From an uncultured virus (IMG/VR IMGVR_UViG_3300044640_001869) (lineage: Duplodnaviria > Heunggongvirae > Uroviricota > Caudoviricetes), in the IMG/VR virus record IMGVR_UViG_3300044640_001869, positions 106,191 to 126,190 of that record: DNA of 20,000 bases; one strand, written 5' to 3'. The translations under genes were made by a program, and so were the position numbers. A model generated the notes under the pieces. That model was not told the origin of the DNA. It did no database searches and saw nothing but the letters and a program-made list of their open reading frames with translations. Below are positions 14,624 through 20,000 of the stretch, in pieces (the stretch's first letter is position 1; each line of letters begins with the position of its first letter).

Positions 14624-14704
14624 TTATAAGAACCAAGTTATAATATACAATATTACTAATGGTGAGATTATAATCAAAGCAATCTTCGTTATTAATTTAT
14701 TCAT
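14624..14704 (-). CDS. Micro-protein, single TM helix (MNKLITKIALIIISPLVILYIITWFL)
   Basis: Manually translated 26-aa ORF filling the gap between two operon genes. Confidence 0.55.
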   Translation of the reverse strand: MNKLITKIALIIISPLVILYIITWFL

Positions 14705-14705
14705 A

Positions 14706-14906
14706 TCAATATTTAATTACTTGGTCTCTTAAATAAACATTACTAATTTCCATCCCGATAATATTCGTACCAACACCAAGATGAACTTGTTTACCATCTA
14801 TTTTGGTAATCTTACCTGAATCTTCAACTGAACCTGTAATTCGGTTAATTACTTTAACATAATCACCTACTTTGATGTCTCTCCCGTTTTTATCTGTCGT
14901 TTCCAT
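14706..14906 (-). CDS. Small KOW/SH3-like protein (DKNG..IKVGD.V motif)
   Basis: 66-aa ORF; TATATTTG 4 nt upstream. Confidence 0.8.
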   Translation of the reverse strand: METTDKNGRDIKVGDYVKVINRITGSVEDSGKITKIDGKQVHLGVGTNIIGMEISNVYLRDQVIKY

Positions 14907-14910
14907 AAAT

Positions 14911-14918
14911 CAAATATA
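14911..14918 (-). promoter_or_regulatory. Bacteroidota-type promoter TATATTTG
   Basis: TATATTTG-ATTT-ATG. Confidence 0.65.
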
Positions 14919-14924
14919 ATAAAC

Positions 14925-15095
14925 TTAATTTGTTTCAGTATGTGTTCTTTCTTGTTGGTCAACTTTAAGTGCTTGTAACTTTTTCATAATTAAATCGTTA
15001 GCACTTTCTGGCATCCCTTTACCTGTCACAAAGATTGTTTCGATTTCATCAATAATCTGTAATTTTTCTTCGATAGTCAATAATCTGTTCATCAT
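14925..15095 (-). CDS. Small hypothetical protein (56 aa, MMNRLLTIEEKLQIIDEIETIF...)
   Basis: Manually translated; directly downstream of the promoter at 15115-15122. Confidence 0.75.
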   Translation of the reverse strand: MMNRLLTIEEKLQIIDEIETIFVTGKGMPESANDLIMKKLQALKVDQQERTHTETN

Positions 15096-15114
15096 ATTTC
15101 GTTTTAGTGTTCAT

Positions 15115-15153
15115 CAAATATAATAAAAAAACCCCAACTTTAACAGATGGGGT
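15115..15153 (-). promoter_or_regulatory. Terminator + TATATTTG promoter cassette
   Basis: Near-identical to 12393-12433 and 9850-9887. Confidence 0.8.
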
Positions 15154-15159
15154 GTGAAA

Positions 15160-15375
15160 TTAATCTTCAAGTTCTAATTCTGACGCTTCATCACATTCAC
15201 TACAATCAGTCGCTTCAATTTTATAATAAGGTTTACCATATTTGGTTAAAGTATCTAAAATCAATACTCGATTATTATATAACTTATATTTTGTTACATC
15301 ACCAATATCGTGTTTGAACTTACTATTACAGGAGAATAATATTCCCACTAACATTATTACAACTAATTTTCTCAT
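15160..15375 (-). CDS. Small lipoprotein
   Basis: Signal peptide MRKLVVIMLVGILFS-C. Confidence 0.8.
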   Translation of the reverse strand: MRKLVVIMLVGILFSCNSKFKHDIGDVTKYKLYNNRVLILDTLTKYGKPYYKIEATDCSECDEASELELED

Positions 15376-15376
15376 A

Positions 15377-15619
15377 TTAATGTATTTGATTTAGTTCAAC
15401 TTTATATAACTTGTATTCTTCAATAACTCGGTGAGAACCAGTACCACTAACTAATTTATAACATTGTTCATTATTTTTAGTTATAGTATCTTGAACTACT
15501 AACAACCCTTTAACAAGTTTTTGTTCTACCAAATCCCCTCGTTTATACATCCATTCTTTTTGGTCACAATTACAGGATAGTAATATCCCCACTAAGATTA
15601 CTAATATTAATTTTCTCAT
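15377..15619 (-). CDS. Small lipoprotein, paralog of 15160..15375
   Basis: Signal peptide MRKLILVILVGILLS-C; shared GD.V..KL...DT.TK....YK. Confidence 0.8.
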   Translation of the reverse strand: MRKLILVILVGILLSCNCDQKEWMYKRGDLVEQKLVKGLLVVQDTITKNNEQCYKLVSGTGSHRVIEEYKLYKVELNQIH

Positions 15620-15624
15620 ATTAT

Positions 15625-15975
15625 TTAATCTCTAAACGTTGAAGTGGTAATTTTAAACCCACCTGTTTTTGTATAATCTTCGTCAATTACACCTGTTTCT
15701 AACCAAGAATCTTCACCATCCCAAGCGGAGTTACTATATTCGGTCCATTCAGGTTCCCACATTTTACTTAGTTCAGATAATACATCCTCATCTATTTCTT
15801 CATAGATAACTTCATACAGTTCATACATATTCTCTTCTAAGTAAGCTAAAAACTCCTCATCAGTTTCACCTTCAAAAGGGATTGATAAGTTTTTAAAGTC
15901 TTCGGGATTTAAGTTGGCAACTTCGGTTGAATTAAAAACCGTTACTCTTTCACATTTTCTAATTTGCATAATCAT
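15625..15975 (-). CDS. Acidic hypothetical protein
   Basis: 116-aa ORF, very D/E-rich. Confidence 0.8.
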   Translation of the reverse strand: MIMQIRKCERVTVFNSTEVANLNPEDFKNLSIPFEGETDEEFLAYLEENMYELYEVIYEEIDEDVLSELSKMWEPEWTEYSNSAWDGEDSWLETGVIDEDYTKTGGFKITTSTFRD

Positions 15976-16287
15976 TTATTTATAAAACCATTTATCTTCT
16001 TCATCGTAATAATATGATTTTGAATCATAATTATCAAGATTCAATATCTCACAATACACCTCGTGTTCTTTACAAATTTCTTCACACAGGAATGTATCAG
16101 GACCATCAATATCATCACCTTCTAAATCAAAGATTATTTTAAATTCTTCCTCTTCCTCATCAAAGTCATTTTTAACCTCAGCATCAGGATAATCCACATT
16201 AAATCTCTCTGCGATTTTAACGGATAATTCTTTTCCATAACTTGGTTCATCGCTAAACCCGTAAAATATTACACTAATTCCCATCAT
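15976..16287 (-). CDS. Acidic hypothetical protein
   Basis: 103-aa ORF, very D/E-rich. Confidence 0.8.
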   Translation of the reverse strand: MMGISVIFYGFSDEPSYGKELSVKIAERFNVDYPDAEVKNDFDEEEEEFKIIFDLEGDDIDGPDTFLCEEICKEHEVYCEILNLDNYDSKSYYYDEEDKWFYK

Positions 16288-16681
16288 TTATTTTTTGTAT
16301 TAAATAATTAATTAATTCCGACTCAGGTTCTTCACGAGTTCTATATAAAACCGAATATAAACCATCTTTCCACCCCCATTCTTTTTCTGTTAAATCATTG
16401 GGATTACCAAAGAATTCGTATACAACATAAGAAAACTTAGGTTCAGTTGTACAATCAATATGAACTTCTCCGTATAATTGGTGTTTATCTCTAAACCATT
16501 GGAGTACTTCTGTTTTAAGTGGTGCGGATATATAAGTTTCATCCCCAATTCCGTTCATATAGAACGTATGTTTACCATTTGATTTATATAATGAACATTC
16601 ACTACCAAACCGCGAATATTTATCATACCCAATTTCTTTTAACGCTTTTGCTTGTTCGTAAGTAACAAAAAAATCTTCCAT
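16274..16681 (-). CDS. Hypothetical phage protein, paralog of 11995..12375
   Basis: FVTYEQAKALKEIGY...APL...V..WFR. Confidence 0.85.
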   Translation of the reverse strand: MEDFFVTYEQAKALKEIGYDKYSRFGSECSLYKSNGKHTFYMNGIGDETYISAPLKTEVLQWFRDKHQLYGEVHIDCTTEPKFSYVVYEFFGNPNDLTEKEWGWKDGLYSVLYRTREEPESELINYLIQKINDGN

Positions 16682-16685
16682 ACAA

Positions 16686-16724
16686 CAAACATAATAAAAA
16701 AAGGGATAACTTTCATTATCCCCC
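16686..16724 (-). promoter_or_regulatory. Terminator (GGGATAA/TTATCCC + T7) + TATGTTTG promoter cassette
   Basis: Near-identical to 6990-7026. Confidence 0.75.
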
Positions 16725-16925
16725 TTTAAATTTATTTAATGTTTCAATGATTTTATTATCAAGAGTAACCATTTTATCTTGGTCAATATTATTGGTATAA
16801 ATTCTATTATCACCCAATTCACGATAAAGAACACCTCGTTCTAATAACCCGTTGGGGTAATCACCTTGTTTTATACCGTGTAACGCTAATACCTCTTTAA
16901 GAAGTTCTATTAATTCATTCTCCAT
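16716..16925 (-). CDS. Hypothetical protein
   Basis: 69 aa; TAATTTCG promoter variant 4 nt upstream (16930-16937). Confidence 0.75.
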   Translation of the reverse strand: MENELIELLKEVLALHGIKQGDYPNGLLERGVLYRELGDNRIYTNNIDQDKMVTLDNKIIETLNKFKGG

Positions 16926-17017
16926 AATACGAAATTATGAATTATGTTTAATATATTCAATAGCTCTTACTAGTAAATAAATATTAAGTAAACATTAAAA
17001 ATTACCGAACACTGTTA

Positions 17018-17056
17018 TTATTTATTTAGTGAACGTTTATTTTCTTGTAGGTTCAT
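17018..17056 (-). pseudogene. Truncated leader-only remnant MNLQENKRSLNK*
   Basis: 17041-17058 is identical (18 nt) to 17642-17659, the start of 17058..17657. Confidence 0.45.
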
Positions 17057-17057
17057 A

Positions 17058-17657
17058 TTACCACATATTTCTTTTATTAATTATTTCAATAGATTCAAAA
17101 TCGTTACAAGCGATATTAGTTAATCCCTCTTCTAATGTTACAAAACCATAATAACCTTTAGATTCAATAAAATCTAAAAACTTATCAGTTTCAATTACCG
17201 CCCACGAATCATTCCATTTTGTAATAAAATAATATAATAAACCAACCATATCATCTTCATCACCATTCTTATCACTCACAAAATATTCCATTACTTCTTC
17301 AACACTGTCAACACCCGTTCTATTCCATTCATCAATAAAATAGTCAACATTATTTTCAAATAAATCTAACACCTCATCTTTGTATTCTTCTAAAGTATAT
17401 TTGATTCCATAATCATTAATATGTTTGAATGTGTTGAATACCCTATTTGGGTCAAATTTTAATTTAACCTCATATGTGTATTTTCTATCAATGAATGTAT
17501 TAGGCTCGTTTGAGAAAAATAAATAACTATTTTTCTTTCTGTTTCTAAGTTGTGGTTTGAATAAATCAATATTATAGTCTGAATTGTGATAAAAAATGCC
17601 ACCACCATATTCGGATTCTTCCCTTATTATTCTTCTTATAGTTTCTTGTAGGTTCAT
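17058..17657 (-). CDS. Hypothetical protein with MNLQETIRRIIREE leader; possible ADP-ribosyltransferase-like (polyvalent-protein type) fold
   Basis: FYH.S...F...LFFS...Y.Y.V.L and C-terminal GY.GF...E......F...I.II resemble ART-like domains of phage proteins (weak inference). Confidence 0.6.
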   Translation of the reverse strand: MNLQETIRRIIREESEYGGGIFYHNSDYNIDLFKPQLRNRKKNSYLFFSNEPNTFIDRKYTYEVKLKFDPNRVFNTFKHINDYGIKYTLEEYKDEVLDLFENNVDYFIDEWNRTGVDSVEEVMEYFVSDKNGDEDDMVGLLYYFITKWNDSWAVIETDKFLDFIESKGYYGFVTLEEGLTNIACNDFESIEIINKRNMW

Positions 17658-18139
17658 ATCATATTTTGTTTAATCTTATCCCCCACTTTTTGGAAGAATT
17701 CAAGTAGACCATCTTCAAGGTCAACATTCAGGTCAACAAAATCTTCACCATCGTGTATATCAAATGAATGAACGTTTAAATCTTCGTCGGTATACATTGT
17801 TCCATAATATTCTTCATCATCATAAAAGAATTGTCCCATATGTTTAAATTCCACAGGGTCATCATCCCATTCTTCTGAACCATCATAAATGAATCTAATA
17901 TCGACACCATCAATATTATCATTAAATTCATAACCTGTATCAATACTAGCAATGTCAGAAACCTCATCATCTTCAATGTCCTGAGATTTGTTATCAAGAA
18001 ATCTTCGTTCCATTTTACTCAATGAATCAATCCCGTAACTATTAATCTTATCTAATATACGATTAGTTAGTTCATCGTTTTCATTTAAACCTTGAACCTC
18101 TTCCCTTAATATTCTTCTTATTTTATCTTGTAACCTCAT
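17654..18139 (-). CDS. Acidic hypothetical protein with MRLQDKIRRILREE leader
   Basis: Contains ILDKI...GIDSLS..E..FL helical-hairpin motif (DUF6576-like). Confidence 0.8.
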   Translation of the reverse strand: MRLQDKIRRILREEVQGLNENDELTNRILDKINSYGIDSLSKMERRFLDNKSQDIEDDEVSDIASIDTGYEFNDNIDGVDIRFIYDGSEEWDDDPVEFKHMGQFFYDDEEYYGTMYTDEDLNVHSFDIHDGEDFVDLNVDLEDGLLEFFQKVGDKIKQNMI

Positions 18140-19248
18140 ACTAAATCAACATTTATATACATATTATCTTGGTCCGTCACCGTAGTCATATTCCATATAT
18201 AATTCATTGCTTCATCATATAATTCGTCTTGGATATAATCAATATATTTATCACCATTACTACCTTCGTTTAAGAAATCATTTAACTCATCATCCGATAG
18301 TTCAGTTACTTGATTATCATTATTAGTTAATTTAAAATTAGTTAATCTCGCATTAATAGTTAAGTTAACTTCACTACCACTAACATTAACCCAGAACTCA
18401 TCTGAACCTAATTTAACATCACCAATTAAATCAACTTTTTTATTGAAGTATTTAATTCTAAACTTTTTAACATTAACAATACTTTGTCTAATATTGTCGT
18501 AATCAGTTTTATTAATGTAAAATTCTTCGGGTGTGTTAACTATAAGGTAGGAATCAAACTTAAATTGAATTTTAAATCTATCAAGCCCAAATATTTTAAT
18601 AAATTTATTAAACATTTTATCAATATAATTTTCAATAACCGCTTGACTGTAAGATAAATCATTTGGATTATCAATATTAAAGATTATTCTTTTTTGACCA
18701 TCGTCTTCTAATTTAGGTTTTAAAATTATCCCCTTGAAATTTATTTCCCCCTTTTTAGTTAATCGTGAGTAAAAAATTTCAATCAATTGTTCATTACTAA
18801 TTCTTTGGGTTTCCTCGTTTAATACTCTTTTGATTGATTCCTGTAATGACATTTCCTCGTCATCCTCATCCGATTTAAATGTTTCACTATTAATGAATAT
18901 TTTACATTCGGGATTATATTTAGACCAAGAAGGTTCAACTTTAAACGGAACGTATTTATTAATCATATTACAAAAATGACTATCAAACCAAGAATCAGTA
19001 TTAACAGCAGTTCCAGGATTAATATGTGGTTTAATAATATAATCACCATCATTTCTTACAACCTCAATAAATAATGCCTCAGTTAAATCATTGAAATAAA
19101 CAAAATTTTTGGTTATTTCTAACTGAGTTTCAACATCTTCCCAATCTTTACCTAACATAGATAATATCTTATCCATAGTTAATCCTGTGGAATCTATTAG
19201 TTTCTTATAACCAATTTTATTAACTATTTTTTTAACTTTTTCTTCCAT
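18136..19248 (-). CDS. Hypothetical protein, probable fusion with an internal MSLQESIKRVLNEE leader
   Basis: 370-aa ORF; TATTTAT upstream. Confidence 0.85.
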   Translation of the reverse strand: MEEKVKKIVNKIGYKKLIDSTGLTMDKILSMLGKDWEDVETQLEITKNFVYFNDLTEALFIEVVRNDGDYIIKPHINPGTAVNTDSWFDSHFCNMINKYVPFKVEPSWSKYNPECKIFINSETFKSDEDDEEMSLQESIKRVLNEETQRISNEQLIEIFYSRLTKKGEINFKGIILKPKLEDDGQKRIIFNIDNPNDLSYSQAVIENYIDKMFNKFIKIFGLDRFKIQFKFDSYLIVNTPEEFYINKTDYDNIRQSIVNVKKFRIKYFNKKVDLIGDVKLGSDEFWVNVSGSEVNLTINARLTNFKLTNNDNQVTELSDDELNDFLNEGSNGDKYIDYIQDELYDEAMNYIWNMTTVTDQDNMYINVDLV

Positions 19249-19255
19249 TATATCT

Positions 19256-19302
19256 ATAAATACTTTACCAATAAAAAAAAGGGATAACTATTTAGTTATC
19301 CC
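19256..19302 (-). terminator. Terminator (perfect GGGATAACTA/TAGTTATCCC stem + T8) followed by a TATTTAT promoter
   Basis: Hairpin 19281-19302, T-run 19273-19280, TATTTAT 19256-19262. Confidence 0.8.
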
Positions 19303-19323
19303 CAATATATTTAGATTTTTAAA

Positions 19324-19815
19324 TTAATACCATTTATCACTAGTATCTTTCTCATATTGTTCCATAACGCCATCAATCAATTCGTATAAGTGAATTGTTT
19401 TTAATAATGGTTTTTTATTCACATCCATATCATCGTACTGAACTGATGTTGAGTGAACCTCATGCCAATCATCAAACTCATCTTTCTCATAAACATTCAC
19501 ATCATAACCTTGTTTAAACAACCCAGTTAAATTTATTAAATGGTCTTTACCTTTTTCTAACTCAATTTCTTCTAAACCAATATTATTTAAACCCAAATAA
19601 TTACGAGCATTCGGTTGATTAAAATAATCTTGAATTGTTTTAAGCATACATTCACGAGTTAAGTAGTCAGTTCCTTTTAAAATCTCTTTTAGGTTTTTAT
19701 AACCACCAACTAATTTAGAACCTTTAATTAACCCATTGTTTTGAATGTAATTTAATAATGTTTGAGTTTTTTTATCAATCTCTTCAGATAATATTCGTTT
19801 AATAATATTCTTCAT
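19324..19815 (-). CDS. Hypothetical protein with MKNIIKRILSEE leader
   Basis: ATG at 19815 lies 4 nt after TATTTAT (19820-19826), so it is preferred over the track start at 19851. Confidence 0.85.
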   Translation of the reverse strand: MKNIIKRILSEEIDKKTQTLLNYIQNNGLIKGSKLVGGYKNLKEILKGTDYLTRECMLKTIQDYFNQPNARNYLGLNNIGLEEIELEKGKDHLINLTGLFKQGYDVNVYEKDEFDDWHEVHSTSVQYDDMDVNKKPLLKTIHLYELIDGVMEQYEKDTSDKWY

Positions 19816-19831
19816 ACCAATAAATATATTA

Positions 19832-19999
19832 TTACAATTTTCCATAAACATCTATAACGGCATCAAGTATTTCGTACAAATGAATGGTATCTAAAACATA
19901 ATTACCATTGCGGAATTTTGAATCATAGTTGAATGATAACCAATCAACAGGTTCTTCATCAAAATAACCATCGTCACCTATTTCATATGTAACTACTTC
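19832..19999 (-). CDS. Partial ORF (C-terminal 55 aa), paralog of 19324..19815
   Basis: ...VLDTIHLYEILDAVIDVYGKL* versus LLKTIHLYELIDGVMEQY. Confidence 0.8.
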   Translation of the reverse strand, partial: EVVTYEIGDDGYFDEEPVDWLSFNYDSKFRNGNYVLDTIHLYEILDAVIDVYGKL

Positions 20000-20000
20000 A

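Noticed and set aside
6571..17997. ORFs 6571..6780, 9677..9892, 10820..11017, 11641..11859 (+) and 17776..17997 (-)
   Set aside because: Largely or fully overlap better-supported genes on the opposite strand or in another frame.
1..20000. Alternative genetic code (stop-codon reassignment)
   Set aside because: Genes tile densely under code 11, recognisable enzymes are intact, and TAA, TGA and TAG all occur as plausible stops.

Overview
AT-rich, densely coding window with almost all genes on the minus strand, most of them small hypothetical ORFs. The best reading is an accessory region of a large tailed dsDNA phage infecting Bacteroidota. Support: Bacteroidota-type TAnnTTTG promoters, a second conserved TATTTAT motif, LxSC lipoproteins and typical phage gene families. 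No capsid, terminase or polymerase gene is present, so the phage call is inferred. Recognisable genes are a beta-class N4/N6 DNA methyltransferase with an IceA1/NlaIII-like HNH endonuclease (flanked by an 18-bp direct repeat) and a GT2 glycosyltransferase. The most unusual elements are: (1) a 440-aa ORF built on a perfectly phased 66-bp array of ~35-nt conserved repeats and ~31-nt hypervariable spacers, CRISPR-like yet kept in frame; (2) a ~1.9-kb gene-poor island (2700-4590) with a G-quadruplex-type tract, repeated DnaA-box-like/TGACA-N3-TGTCA composite sites and two predicted structured RNAs; (3) unrelated proteins sharing a short N-terminal [I/L]-x-E leader, mostly behind TATTTAT promoters; (4) repeated terminator+promoter cassettes separating gene modules. 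All motif, pairing and count statements were made by eye and need computational confirmation.
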